In this document: in pieces, positions 1-12,458 of the stretch | How the letters are laid out: the number at the start of each line of letters is the position of its first letter | How positions within the stretch are numbered: the first letter of the stretch is position 1 | Source of the DNA: an uncultured virus (IMG/VR IMGVR_UViG_3300020047_008750) | Taxonomy: Duplodnaviria; Heunggongvirae; Uroviricota; Caudoviricetes | DNA length: 64,000 nucleotides | Virus record (IMG/VR): IMGVR_UViG_3300020047_008750 | Direction: 5' to 3' (one strand) | Made by a program: the position numbers and the translations under genes | Notes under the pieces: model-generated | What the model was told of the DNA's origin: nothing | Database searches by the model: none | Seen by the model: only the letters and a program-made list of their open reading frames with translations

Positions 1-261
1 TACTTGAACCAGACAAAGCGCGCAGGAATCTTGACAATCACAAATGATGAAATCATTTCTGCAGGCGACACCAACAGTTCGAAATATAAGATTGTTGTTC
101 AGATGTCAGATGTCAGATTCATTTCTGAAGAAATGCCGACAGGAACAGACGAACTGTTCGCAATCAGCGTTGAAGCAGAATGCTACTATGACACTTCTGA
201 CGGTCAAGCGATTCAGATCAAAGTCACAAATGCGAAAGCAGGCACAGAGTACACAGCATAA
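1..261 (+). CDS. Major tail tube protein, 3' end (segment A, partial)
   Basis: Nearly identical to the C-terminus of 36896-38131 (ECYYDTSDGQAIQIKVTN..GTEYTA). Confidence 0.75.
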   Translation, partial: YLNQTKRAGILTITNDEIISAGDTNSSKYKIVVQMSDVRFISEEMPTGTDELFAISVEAECYYDTSDGQAIQIKVTNAKAGTEYTA

Positions 262-323
262 TTCACAAAAGGTTTTCGGGCTTTCCTTCATAAAAGCTTC
301 ACTTATTTTTTTATTTTTACACT

Positions 324-722
324 ATGTCAGGAACAAAGAAAGTCGAGTTCAACCTTGACGCGCGTCAGACAAAAACCGTTGAACTTCCTTCATTCCCTTG
401 AAGTGAGGTCATTGTATACCCTTCTCTTATCGTCAGCGATCAAAGAGAAATCGAAAGCAAATTCAAAGGTTCTGACAACAAGGTTGATGAAGCGAGAATT
501 CAAGATTTCAGTCTTGCACTTCTGGTCAAGTCAATCAAATCGTGGAATTTCACGAAAGATTGACAGGACCTTGCAATCACAGCTGAAATTCTTCAAAGCT
601 TTCCTTCGATTGACTTCCTTGTTCTGAATCAAGCAATCACAGGCAAGAAATTGACGCACACAAATGAGGCAGGTGAGCTTGTTGCAGGTGCAGGTGATGA
701 TTCTGACAGTAAAAAAAAATAA
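324..722 (+). CDS. Tail assembly chaperone (G form); -1 frameshift extension to 964
   Basis: Between tail tube and tape measure; A9 run just before TAA; -1 frame continues IIAKNRVFD...LAKEYGWT to TAA at 962-964. Confidence 0.8.
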
Positions 723-973
723 TCGCAAAGAACAGGGTTTTTGACGCAATGATACAGTGAAAGGGATTCACAGCGACAACACAAGATGAAGCAGACGCGG
801 TGACAAGGTTCTTTGACCTGACACTTGCGAAAGAATACGGTTGGACGCAGACAGACATTCTTCACAGGACGACGCAAGATTTTTACAACGACGCAATCTT
901 GCTCATGCAAAAGGAAGCTTTCTTCAGACAGAAGGAAGCGGAAAAGAAAAAAAACAATAAATAATTTTCTATC

Positions 974-3067
974 ATGGCAACAAATAAAGTCGAATTCGTC
1001 ATTTCAGCAAAAGATGAAGCAAGTCAGATCATCAAGAATGTTGACAAGAACGCGCAAGAAATGTCGTGAAGCGTTTGAAAAAGCTTCGACAACCTTGTTG
1101 CACCTTCCGCAGCATTTCTTTGAGTTTTGACCGCTGTCGGTGCGTGAATGGTTGTTCTCGCGAAAAATGGTCTGACCGCTGCAGCTGATCTTGAAACTGC
1201 AGAAATCGGTTTGACAACACTTTTGAAATCTGCTGATGAAGCAGGAAAAACAGTTGAACGAATCAAGCAAGAAGCAGCAAGAACGCCTTTTGAACTTGTC
1301 GGACTGACACAAGCTGTTCAACTTTTATCTTCTGTGACAAAAGATTGAGACAAAGCAATCGACATTGTTCTTGATGTCGGTGAAGGTCTTGCGGCAATGG
1401 GTAAATGACAACCTGAACTTGACAGAATCATCGTGAATCTTCAACAAATTGCTTCTGTCGGAAAAGCGTCAATGCTCGACATAAAACAATTTGCGTTTGC
1501 AGGTATTCCGATTTTTGAAATGTTATCACAACAGACCTGATTATATGGTGAAGAACTCGGTGATCTTATCACTGACGGTGGTGTGACATTCACTCTTCTG
1601 ACAGAAATGTTTGACAAAGCAAATGACGCATGATGAGATTTTTTCAATGCGTATAAAAATCAAGCAGGATCATTCAATCAAGCACTTTCAAATATGAAAG
1701 ACAGCGTCACAATTTTTCTTGCTGAATTGGTCAAACAGACCTGACTTTTTGACGCGATGAAGAAATGATTCATTCTTGTCACAGATTCACTCCCGAAACT
1801 CATGACGCTCATGCAAGATTTTGCACAGACATTGAGAGAGAACCCGAATCTTGTTCTTGGAATTGCAGCGGCAATCACAGCAATGCTTGTCCCTGCTCTC
1901 TATGCAGCAGCAACCGCAGCACTTCCTTTCATTATCGCAGGCGGTCAATTGATTTTGATTGCTGCAGCAATTGGTGCTGCAGTATATCTTCTCGCTGAAG
2001 CGTGGTCTTCAGATTTTATGTGAATAAAAACAGCAACTTTGATTGTTTGGGAATATATAAAAGCTGCATTCAACTGAATTGTTGCTGCATGAATATATTT
2101 ATATGAAAGCTTCTTTGTTGTGAGAGACAAGATCGTCGAAGTGTGGTCAGAACTGAAATTATGGCTTTCAAACACTTGGGATTCAATAATCTGAACAATC
2201 TCTTCAGCATGGTCATGACTTGTTTGATTTTTTGAAGCTATTTGGAAAGGAATTATTGAACTTTTCAAACTGTATGTTGCACTTTCTGTCGGAATCATAA
2301 TTTTTGCATTCAATGCGATGTGAATCGACATTGTTTGAATATTCAATACGGTCAAAGATTATTTGACACTTTTCTGGGAAGGATTGAAACTTGTTTTCAC
2401 AGTTTCCTTGCTACTTATAAAAACACTTTGGGAATCAACTTGGTGAGCAGTCAAGAAATTTTCTTCTGATGTTTGGGATTCAATTTCGACAAAAATTTCA
2501 ACAGTTTGGTGAGCAATAAAATGATTCGTCACTGACGGAATGACATATATTTCAGAAACATTCAAAATACTGTCTGAACCTATCAAACAAGCGTGGTCTT
2601 CTCTTTGGGAATGATTGTCTTCTTCGGTGGTTGCAGTTTGGTGAATAGTGAAAGAAACAATCCGCAATTCTATGAACTGGATCATCGACAAGATCAATGC
2701 GGTCATTGAAATGGCGAATCGTGTTGCAGCAATGGGTTCGAAAGCGGTTTGAATAAATATAGTATCAATACCAACGCTTCCGCGATTCGCACACGGTGGT
2801 CTTGTCTGAATGTCTGACGGTGGTGTCGTATCGGGTGCAGCTTGAATCGACAAGGTTCCTGCAATGCTTTCTGCAGGTGAGATTGTTTTGAACGCAGCAC
2901 AACAGCAAAATGTCGGAAGACAGATCAAAGGAAACTGAACAACAATTCAGGTTGTTGTTGAATGAAACAATTTCTATTGAGACGATGAAAATTTCGCACA
3001 GAAAATCGGGAAAACTATTCTTGAAGATTTCAAACTTCACACTTCTTTTCCTTCTTTCAGTTCATAA
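974..3067 (+). CDS. Tape measure protein (697 aa), tape_meas_nterm-type core
   Basis: Open with TGA=Gly; AARTPFEL..LQQIASVGKA..DIKQFAFAGIPIFEML motif, Trp-spaced repeats, C-terminal FAHGG..DKVPAMLSAGEIVLN. Confidence 0.85.
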
Positions 3068-3079
3068 CATAAAAAGAAA

Positions 3080-5725
3080 ATGCAAGTCTTCGCAAACAAC
3101 ATTGATGTCACAGCTTATGTTTCGAAGAATTCGATTCGGATCACGGAACAGTTGAACAACAGGTCAAACACCTGTTCATTCACGGTTGATTCATACAATA
3201 TTTCTGAAGGTCTGAAAATTGAAGTGTTCGAAACTTTTGTCTTGCGAGCGCAGGCAAGTTCATGACAAGCGGTCCTGAATGTCAGCGACACTTTCGAATT
3301 CGAAAACAAATTCAAAGCAGGCGATGAAATCCTTCTTCGCATAAAAGAAGCAAGCGAAGTCTTTGTCACGATCCTTTCTGTCGATCACACAGCAAAGACA
3401 ATCACTTTGACTGCAAACCTGACTGCAACAATCCCTGTCGGTTCACAATGCTGACGGATTGTTTTTTCAGGTGTGACGCAAAAAAATCCGAATCAAGAAA
3501 TCTGAACTTCTGGTTCCTTTTCCTATAAAATCACCGCGACGGACTGGACGAAAATATTCGACGCAAAAAACATTGCTGACACTTTCGAAGATCAGTATTC
3601 TCGCGAAATGATCGGGCGTGTTCTCTATGGATTCGTTGCAAATGACACAGAAACAAACCTTGATCTGTTCGAATCAGCTTGGACTGAATCGGGTGTTGCT
3701 CTCGCGATGACAGCTGACAGCACTGACAGGATTCAAGGCACGAATTCAATGCAGACAGGAACTTCAGGTTCTTGAACTGCAACTTGGACGAAAGCAATTT
3801 CTTCTGTCGATATTTCAGTGATGACACGAATCAGATTCTGGTTCAAGATTTCAAACAACTATTGATCAAAGGTCACTTCATTGAAATTTCGCGTCGGTTC
3901 TGATTCTTCGAATTATTATGAATATTCGACAGCGTGGGTTTGAGTTGCGAATGAGGACTGTTGGAATTTTGACAGCTTCGATATAGCGCGCGCGACAGTC
4001 GTCGGAACACCTGTTGAAACTGCGATTGATTGGCTTCAGATTGAAGTCGTGGCAAGCGCTACAATTCCGACAGGGAATCTTCACTTCGATCATGCGCTGA
4101 CTTCTTCAGGTGGTTTCACAATCAAGAATGTGATTCGTGGTGACAAGAAATTCACTGATGTTCGTGTTCAATATAAAAAACCGACGGTCTTTGTTGAAAA
4201 CATTTCGAAGCTTCAAAATTTCTTCTGGTTCATTGACTATGAAAGGAATATTCATTTTTTCAAAAGTGACGCAACACTTGCACCTTTTTCGCTGACAGAT
4301 TCTTCTGAAAATTATGATGACTTGAATGTCACAACAGACATTTCACAAGTCAAGAACCGTCAGACTGTTCGTGGTTGAATCGCGGTTGATTCGAACCTAT
4401 ACACACAAGACGAAATCACAGATTGAGAAGCTGAATCATGGCGTCTCGATTATCCTGCGAAGACTTTGCGAATCTATGTCGACACAACAGGAACATGATC
4501 GAGTTTTGTCGAAAAAACAGTCGGTGTCGAAAATCTCGATAATCCTGCAAGTTTTGACTATTTGTTCAACTTCAGTGAAAAAGTTGTTCGAAAATCAGTT
4601 GCAACAATACCGCCTTTATGATCAATCTTCCGTCGCACTTATTATCCATACAAACCGATTCGCGTCAGAGTGATCAGTCAAGTTTCTATCGACGCGATGA
4701 AGCTTCTTCTGTGAGGTGACGGAATCTTCGACGGTGCAGTGATCAACGACAGTTCAATTCGCACCTTTGCTGAAGCAAGAACGCGCGGAAGAGCAGAAGT
4801 CGACGCATACAAAAATCCTATAATCACAGCAGATTTCGTCACACAAAAAGACGGTTTGAAAGCAGGTCAGGTCATTCATATCACTGACAGTTCTCGCTGA
4901 ATCAATACTGACTTTCTGATTCAGAGCATTTCGAAATCATCGAGAAACGATGATCGTTGGACATACAAAGTCACTTGCGGATCAACAATGTTCTGATTGA
5001 TTGAATTCTTTCAGCTTCTTCTTGCGCAAGCAGGAAAATTTGAAGTCGATATTTCTGAAATTGTCGATGTGGTCCTGAATCAAGACGAAACAATCACCTT
5101 CACACCTTCTGTCAGCTATACACACAAGACAGCACCATTCAAAGCAACTTCGAACCTGAAAAAATGGTTTGATTTCGTCGCTGAATCAGGAACCTTCACA
5201 ACTTCATGATTGATGACAAGCAGCGCTTGAAATACAGGTTGGTCAATGATTGAATCAGGAACAGAAGCAGCAACGGTTGTCTTCGACGCTTCTGCACGAT
5301 ATAACGCAGGAAAAGCACTGAAGATGACAACAACAGTCGGTTGATCTGGTCAAACACTGACGGTCACAAACTTTGTCAGAATCCCTGCGACACCTTCCGC
5401 AAATTATGCGCTTTCTGCTTGGATAGAAATTTTGACTGCGCTGACTGGTTCGGGTGGCTTCTCGATCAATGTGAAAGAATATGCAGCATTGACAGGCGGT
5501 TCAGCTCTCGCGACAACTTCAATTATTGCTTCAACAAAAACTGTTCGTGACTATAATCGAGCAAGACAGACTTTCACGACGAACGCTTCAACAAATTTCA
5601 TCGAGATTGAATTGAAAATCGACAACGCTGTTTGAACTGTTTCTGTCGGTGAATTGTTTCTTGAAGATCTTTCAACCGAATCAACTTCACTTCCTGCGGT
5701 TGCGAGCTTTTCCGAAACAATATAA
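3080..5725 (+). CDS. Large tail tip / baseplate hub-like protein (881 aa)
   Basis: Directly after tape measure; same length as and colinear with 41293-43938; WFIDYERNIHFF and VKNRQTVRGG segments. Confidence 0.65.
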
Positions 5726-5743
5726 TTCCATAATCAAAACAAT

Positions 5744-6346
5744 ATGAATTCAAAAATCGACAAGACAATCAACACCGCGACAAACTACAAACTGACGAAA
5801 GCAACTGATGAAGTTCTTGCGAAAATCTTTGCTGAAAAAATGCAAGAACCGAATCACTTCAAGTTTCTTGACTGGCGCGGAAGACTTTTGAAATACGCAC
5901 AGAAAAAGATTCCTGAATTGCTTCGAGACTACAAAGGACCGCTTCTGAATCAGATGACTGTCTGGGAAGGTCACAACATTGTTCCGCTTATCCTTCGAAG
6001 CGAACTTGCTGCACTGATATCATGAACAACAGTCACACCGACATTCAAGGCAAATTATATGGCTGTTTGAACTGGATCGACAACGCCTGTAAACTCTGAC
6101 ACACAGCTTGTCGCGGAAACTCTTCGCGCAACATTCGAAAACAGATTTTCTGTCGATAATGTTGCATATCTCGACAAATTTTTCACTTCTGCACAGGTTT
6201 GATGAACAACAATTTCTGAACTCGGAATTTTTGTTGATTGAACCGCGTCTGCAAACACTGGATATTTGCTTTCAAGAATTCTCGCGAATGAAGTCATGGC
6301 TGCAACAGAAACTTTGACCATAAATGCGTCTGTGACTATAGCATAA
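5744..6346 (+). CDS. Tail collar/fibre-type structural protein (200 aa)
   Basis: YMAVGTGSTTP..DTQL..E and ISELGIF motifs typical of tail-collar proteins; homolog at 43957-44553. Confidence 0.55.
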
Positions 6347-6412
6347 CAATAAATTGTACTTTGTTTCAAAAATAAATATATTGTTTTCATCTTATTTTTT
6401 ATCAATGATAAT

Positions 6413-6889
6413 ATGAAAAAATGAACTTATCATTCTGAAGACTCAAAAAAGAAAATGTCTGTTGCAATGGAATGAAAAATAAATTGGAATAAAGGTAAAA
6501 AATGAATTTATTCTGAAAAATCAAAACAGAAAATGTCAGAAAGCGCAAAAAAAAGATGAAACAATCAACCGATTGAATTCAGGAAAGAAAAATCGAGTTC
6601 TTGGCAATCGGAAAAAAATCCACGATTCAAACCTATTTGAACAAGGAAGGATAATTGACACGGATATATTTTGATAAAGGTCGCAACATGACTATGATTT
6701 AGAAACTGGGAATTTGAACATATTGTCAATATGGAAAAACATATATGAAGAAAAATAAACAAGAAAATAGAATGTGTTCACCATGTTGATTATGTAAAGC
6801 ACAACAACAATATTGATAATTTGAAACTGATGACAATCAGAGAACACAAAAAATTTCACTTGAAAGATAATCTTCAAAAAGACAGATAA
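6413..6889 (+). CDS. HNH homing endonuclease with NUMOD3-like repeats
   Basis: HSEDSKKKMS / SEKSKQKMS repeats, GYILIK, VHHVDYVKHNNNIDNL..EHKKFH; AT-rich; absent at the equivalent site in B (44553-44589). Confidence 0.85.
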
Positions 6890-6915
6890 TTTTTATTTTT
6901 CTATATACTTATTTT

Positions 6916-7488
6916 ATGCCGCGAAATAATTCAACAAACTGGTCAACAGGCGACAATATTTCTGCAACAAGATTGCAGCAAATCAATGCTGATCTCGACA
7001 ACCTATATTCAACAGGTTCGGACCGTTTGAAAGTCTACGCTTCAACAGGTTTGAATATTCTGATCGGTGCGTGAAATTTTCGCGTAGGAAGCACAGAATG
7101 AATCTATGCAGGCGGTACTGTCGCAATGACAAACAATGCGACGAATTATGTCATGATTGATTCTTCAGGAACAATTCAGGTTTCAACTTCTGCTTGGAAT
7201 GCGAATTATACAAGACTCGCTGTCGTGACGACAGTTTCGGGTGCAATCACTTCAATTGTTGTGTGGCGTGTCGACGCAATCGGTTGAGTTTTGTGAGGTG
7301 GTTGATTCAAAAACATTTCTGCGACGACATACACACAAGGACTTTTGACACAGTTCACAGCAGACTGAACGGTGTATAATCTGACATACAATTCACGATG
7401 ACAAGTTCTCACGATGACAAATGGTGTGAATACTTGGACTATAACATATAATTCATTGTGAGTTATAACATGAACCGCTGAATCATAA
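6916..7488 (+). CDS. Tail structural protein with YD-like C-terminal beta repeats
   Basis: TYNSRGQV..TWTITYNSLG repeats; homolog at 44589-45164. Confidence 0.55.
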
Positions 7489-7511
7489 TTTTTATTTTAT
7501 AATTTTTTTAT

Positions 7512-8645
7512 ATGCTTACAGTCATTGCAAATCCGCCTTCTGAATATTTTTCAAATATTGATTATAGGACTTCCGCACAAAACATAATTCCTACAGTGAC
7601 AAATCTTTGAACTGTTTTGTCATATTGGATTGATAAAACAAACAAATATATTTATATTCTGTCACCTCGAACTGCTTCAACATGGTTCACAATCAGGCGT
7701 TATGATTATAATGCTTGAATAATTTGATCAGGAGTTGATATTACTCTTTCTGGTTTTTGAACATTTACTTCGCAACCGATTTTTCATATTTTTCAAGGTT
7801 CACACAGTTGAGATTTTTATTTATATTGTGAATCAGCTTGATGAAGCGCGAGTTTTGCAGCGTTGACAATATATCCGATTACTTTTTCTTGAACAACTGC
7901 AACACGATGAACAGCAAATACACTTCCTGTCGTTGCTTCATATACATTGAGAAATTTATATGCAAAATGAGCAGTTTTATATGCTTTTTATGCTCTCACA
8001 GGATCACCATTCACAGCAAATGTGACAAGAAAATTTTCAGGTTCTTGGACTACTTTGACATGAAATGCTCTTTTGACGAGTGTTTGAGCATTTACATGAA
8101 CTTGAGAAATGTTTGCATGACAATGAAGATTCCCTGCATGATCTTCAAACACTAAATTATATTTATATCATTCATCGGGTTGAGGTGCTGTTTTTGACAC
8201 TTGAACTGAAGCTTGGTCACTTGAAACAAGAATCACAGGTGATCAAATTATCTGTGATGTTTCTTGAATCACTATAGTTCCGAATTTCGTCATTTTAGCG
8301 GATTGAACTTCAATTGTTTGACCGAGTATGCCTGCAGTGTCTTCGCCTGTTGGTAGTATATGGGACATGAACAATTGAATTGCGTTGAATATTGTGTCAA
8401 GTTGATCTTATTATTTTTCAGGTTGATTCGTTTGAGCTGCAAGAATTTTGAGAAGAGTATTTTGAACACTACAAAACGACAATTGTTTTGTTTTTTATTC
8501 AACAGATAATTGAACTACTTGGAAAACTCTTCCATATTTGACAACGCTTATTTCTGATTTTTATAATCTCAATTATCGTTGAGACATTATTTGTATTCCA
8601 TTTTATACAACGACTACAAAAGTTATGACTGTGGAGGTTGCATAA
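7512..8645 (+). CDS. Putative receptor-binding protein (377 aa)
   Basis: Ser/Thr/Gly/aromatic-rich beta protein at the end of the tail module; homolog 45192-46373 diverges in the C-terminal half. Confidence 0.5.
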
Positions 8646-8670
8646 TCATTTATATAATCAAATTTTTTTT

Positions 8671-8919
8671 ATGAAAATAAATATAATCACAAACGATGAC
8701 TGAAAGATCACTGAATCTTGTCTTGCAAAAATGGAAGATTCAGACGCAATTTCAATCACAGAAGCAGAATATGAACTTCTGGTTCTTCAATATGACACTT
8801 TTGTCAAAAATTGAAAAATAATTTCACAGACAAAATGAACTGACGCAGAAAATCTTCAAATTTTTATCACAGAAATAAAAGAAGAAGAAGAAGCAGCTGC
8901 GCAGACACCTGAAGCATAG
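8671..8919 (+). CDS. Small acidic protein, possible tail fibre chaperone
   Basis: Follows the putative RBP; homolog at 46400-46660. Confidence 0.45.
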
Positions 8920-8949
8920 TTTCATTTTTTATTTTTTTACTCTTTTTTT

Positions 8950-9624
8950 ATGGACTACAAATCCGCACTGCAGACAAAGAACAAGAGCGCAGGAACAAAC
9001 ACCTGTCAATTCATTATTCTTCACCATACCTGAACACCTGAAGGCACGATCAAAGGTGTTTTGAATACTCTGACAATCAGCAAAGGTGACAAAGCTGTTT
9101 CGTGTCACTATGTTGTTGACTCGAACGGTGATGTTCACAAGATCGGGAATGACACCGACATTCTGTGGCACGCAGGACTGTCTGCATGGTGAAATCTCAC
9201 AGGAATGAATTCATATTCAATCGGAATTGAAATCATCGGTGGTGCGACAGCTGAAGGGGGCTTCACGGATATTCAGCGCGAAGCAGTCTGAAAGCTTGTC
9301 GTCGAACTCTCGAAGAAATACGGAATCGGAAAGTGAAACATTTTGCGACACAAGGACATTTCACCTTGACGCAAGACTGATGTTTCGGATCCGTTCTGGT
9401 CTGATAAATTCAAAACCTTCAATGAATACAAGGATTCACTTTTTTCAGCACCGTCGGTCAATGTTTCTCGCTATACAGGAATTATGAATTCGGTTCTTGC
9501 AGAAACTGGATTCAAACCGTTGCTTGAAAAGCATGAAGGAAACGCACCATTGACGGAACAGGAAACAAAGGAACTGATTGAAATCGTGTTCGCACGATTC
9601 GCGGAAAGAAACGGTCTGAAATAA
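8950..9624 (+). CDS. Endolysin, N-acetylmuramoyl-L-alanine amidase (Amidase_2-like)
   Basis: IILHHTG, SCHYVV, WHAG, NSYSIGIE, RHKDISPGRKTD motifs. Confidence 0.9.
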
Positions 9625-9641
9625 TTCATAATCATTTTTCT

Positions 9642-9842
9642 ATGTTCGATTTTTCAAATCGCGAGACGGTCAAGAATGTTCTTCTTGTTCTTGTTGTTCT
9701 CGCAACAATCGCTTTCGTCGCAATGAACAAAGTTTCAGGTGAAAACTTTTTCAAGATAGTTGATCGAGTCACTGCACAATATTTCGCAACTACTGACAAA
9801 ACTGAAGTTCCGAAAGATCAGGTCAGCGAATTGTCGCAATAA
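9642..9842 (+). CDS. Small membrane protein, putative holin
   Basis: Hydrophobic helix VLLVLVVLATIAFVA, directly after the endolysin; homolog at 47376-47585. Confidence 0.55.
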   Translation: MFDFSNRETVKNVLLVLVVLATIAFVAMNKVSGENFFKIVDRVTAQYFATTDKTEVPKDQVSELSQ

Positions 9843-9870
9843 AAAACCGCCTTGTCGTGGCGGTTTTCTA
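9841..9870. terminator. Bidirectional intrinsic terminator
   Basis: AAAAAACCGCC-TTGTCGT-GGCGGTTTT hairpin between convergent genes; identical at 47584-47612. Confidence 0.8.
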
Positions 9871-9872
9871 TT

Positions 9873-10325
9873 TTACCAACTGATTCAACTGCATATTCTC
9901 GATATTGTAGATTTATGAACATTGAATTCTTTTGCAAGAGAAGAGATCGGGCGTCAGTCTGATCTTTTTTTTCGAATATCAATCACTTGTTCTTCGGTGA
10001 GTTTTGACCAAACAACCTGTCTTCATTTTTGAACCATATCGTCAAAATTTGCTTTCGGTGTTCAAACAAAAATATTGTCAGCAGCACAATTTGAAGGATC
10101 ATCGTCTTTATGACAAGCAAAAGCAGATCTGTCGAAAATATCCATTCAATGAAAAGCAGCTGCGACAAGACGATGAACCATAATACTTTTTGAAGCATGA
10201 CCTGTCTGAATCCAAACAGTTTTATATTTATCTGATCTCGATGTCTGTTTCAATTCTTTTCTTATTCTTCAATCAAAAGAAACTTCGACACCTTCGAGTC
10301 AAGGAACAGTTTTCCATGTAGTCAT
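9873..10325 (-). CDS. HNH endonuclease with C-terminal HTH
   Basis: WKTVPGLEG, VHRLVAAAF, ACHKDDDPSN..DNIFVGTPKANFDDMVQKGR, KLTEEQVIDIR..LAKEFNVHKSTISRI; absent in B. Confidence 0.85.
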
Positions 10326-10450
10326 ATTGTTTTTATTATAAAATAATGCAACAACATTATGTAAAAGAGTTGCACGAATGCAACTCTTTTTTTGGTTTGT
10401 CAGGTTTGTTGTATGCCACTTGCGTATCGGTTGCACACTGGTCGCACCGC

Positions 10451-11224
10451 TTACCGTAGCGGTTGCGCGTCAGAATTGATTTTTCGAAGCTCGAAGCGTC
10501 GAGAGGGAAGGGGAGTGACTTCGGTCACTTCCCTTTCTTGTGTCAGAAATTCAGACACGCGTTCAAGGATTGTCTTTCCTGAAGGTTCTGAAGTTCCGCT
10601 TGTTTCACTGGTCATTCTGTTCAACGGTTTGAGTTCTTCGGTTGAAGACTTCCCTTCAAGCATTATCGCGATATCGGATCGAGAGAAGTCAGGATTCAAT
10701 ATTCTCGAATTGTTTTCACCGCGAATCAGGACATGAAGTGATTCAAGCTTCTTCGCAAGGTCTGTGAATCGGTTTCGTGGGATTCAGAATTTGTCTTCGA
10801 TGTCGTCGCGCTTGAAGCTTTCAAATTCGAAGAGGTGATCAAGAAGTTCAACAACAGGAATTCATTCAATGGTGTTCCCTGTTGCCTTCACTTCATTTTC
10901 TTCGGGAAGTGGTTTCAATGCGTCAACGATTTTTCAAAAGTTGAAAACGATGACGACAGAAACAACGAACTTGATTGCAAGAAAATTGTATGCGGTCAAA
11001 AACTTCATTGCAAATTCAACTGTTTGATCTGTATATGTGAACAGAAGCGTCAGGAAGAAAGACAAAGCACAAAGCAGAACAAAAATCGAGATCTGTGAGA
11101 AGGTCGCATTCTCGATATTATCAAGAAGCTTGTTCCATATGATTGATTTTATACTCCTGTTTGATTTTTTCGGTGCGTTCTTGCTGTTTTCGATGACTTC
11201 AGGGGTGAATATATGGTTTTTCAT
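10451..11224 (-). CDS. Two-TM membrane protein with a C-terminal winged-helix-like domain
   Basis: Joins ORF-track pieces across TGA; homolog 47650-48420 is open even in the standard code. Confidence 0.7.
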
Positions 11225-11235
11225 AAATAAAGGGG

Positions 11236-11553
11236 TTATAAGCTAAAATTTGAAGTGTTCTGAATGAATGCTTTTTTCATTGCATTCCATATTCGAAATT
11301 CTGTTTTCGTCGCGATATTGTTTGAAATCAAGCTGTCGAGCTGTTCAAAAGATATCTGTCGACGGATATCAACTGGAATTTCAGTGATCATTTCATCGTC
11401 GTCGGATTCGACTTCGATTTTGATTTTTCGGGCAAGTGGTTTCATCGCACGGATTCACACGATTTTCGCAAGGTCAATTGTGTTTCTGAAGGGTTTCTGG
11501 TGAGTTTCTGGTGAGTTTCTGAAGCAGAAACTGTCGAATTGTAGGGGTTTCAT
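11236..11553 (-). CDS. Conserved hypothetical protein
   Basis: TIDLAKIVG..IEVESD..IATKTEFR conserved with 48433-48735. Confidence 0.65.
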
Positions 11554-11574
11554 AAGCAGAAATGAAGAAATAGA

Positions 11575-11660
11575 GGGGTTTCTGAAGTGTTTCTGAAGTG
11601 TTTCTGTAGCAGAAACGCTTCATAGTATAGTATAGTATAGTATAGTATAGGATAGATAGA
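11575..11660. repeat. GTTTCTG iteron-like repeats plus (TATAG)5 array
   Basis: GTTTCTGAAGT repeats then CAGAAACGCTT-CATAG-(TATAG)5-GATAG; same core at 29913 and 48791. Confidence 0.85.
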
Positions 11661-12336
11661 AACTACGGGGGCGGACGGATTGCATTCATATAGATAGAAT
11701 ATCATATGTAAAAATGAAAGTCAAAACTTTGTCAATAATTTATATTTTTCTTTTTTTTTGTTTCAGGAATAATGTTTCTGCGATTGCTGAAAGGAACTTG
11801 CAAATAATCCCCTGTATGTAGTTGGTGCAATCGCAAGTTCCGCCAATTACATATAGGGATTTATTTTTTTATGAAGAAGAAATCTTCACTGTATTGAACG
11901 CCAACCTATAAAAGTTGGGTTTCTATGAATCAGAGGTGCAACAATAAGAATAATCCTGTTTTTCCGAATTATTGATGAAGGTGAATCACTATCTGTGACG
12001 AATGGAAAGATTTTCTTCAATTTTATCGAGATATGTGAGAGCGTCCTTTTTGATGTTCAATCGACAGAATCGACAATAATTGAAATTATAATCCGAAAAA
12101 TTGTAAATGGTCCACAAGGAAAGAGCAGCAGAACAATAGATCGGTCAGTGTAAAATGTTTTTTCAGGTGAACTGTCTATTCAGTCGCTGAATTTTCTGAT
12201 ATATGCTGAATCTACAAATCAACTGTCAGATATAGAATTTGGGATTGAATGAGTTGTGAAGAAATATTTGAATACGCGCAAAATTTATTGAGAAGAAGAA
12301 TCAACAATGAAAAATAATCTTTCATCGGTGTCAAAT
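11608..12336 (+). repeat. ~730 bp direct repeat, copy 1 (copy 2 at 48789-49522)
   Basis: Near-identical by direct reading, in contrast to the divergent flanking genes. Confidence 0.95.
11871..12317 (+). CDS. HNH-type endonuclease (YGGRGI family)
   Basis: YKSWVSMNQRC..NYGGRGITICDEW..F..DMGERP..SIDRIDNNGNYNPKNCKWST..Q.NNR. Confidence 0.9.
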
Positions 12337-12338
12337 AT

Positions 12339-12458
12339 TTTGCAACACTTTGCAACACTTTGCAAACCGCTTCAATCAGGGCTTTTTGAAAAATCACCTG
12401 CTTTTTTCATATTCTTTTTGCGGAAAAGTGTTGCAAACTGTGGCAAGGTGAATATGAT
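12339..12458 (+). promoter_or_regulatory. Putative early promoter with 10-bp phased TTTGCAACAC repeats
   Basis: Repeats at 12339, 12349, 12359; TTGCAA(12431)-16 nt-TATGAT(12453); same layout at 49748-49866. Confidence 0.55.

Noticed and set aside
7512..8645. Diversity-generating retroelement acting on the tail protein
   Set aside because: No reverse transcriptase and no template/variable repeat pair with adenine-specific mismatches
11621..11655. CRISPR array
   Set aside because: Pentamer tandem repeat with no unique spacers and no cas genes
11803..11865. tRNA (e.g. a UCA suppressor)
   Set aside because: Single long stem with no cloverleaf; no tRNA recognised by eye, though tRNAscan-SE/ARAGORN should confirm
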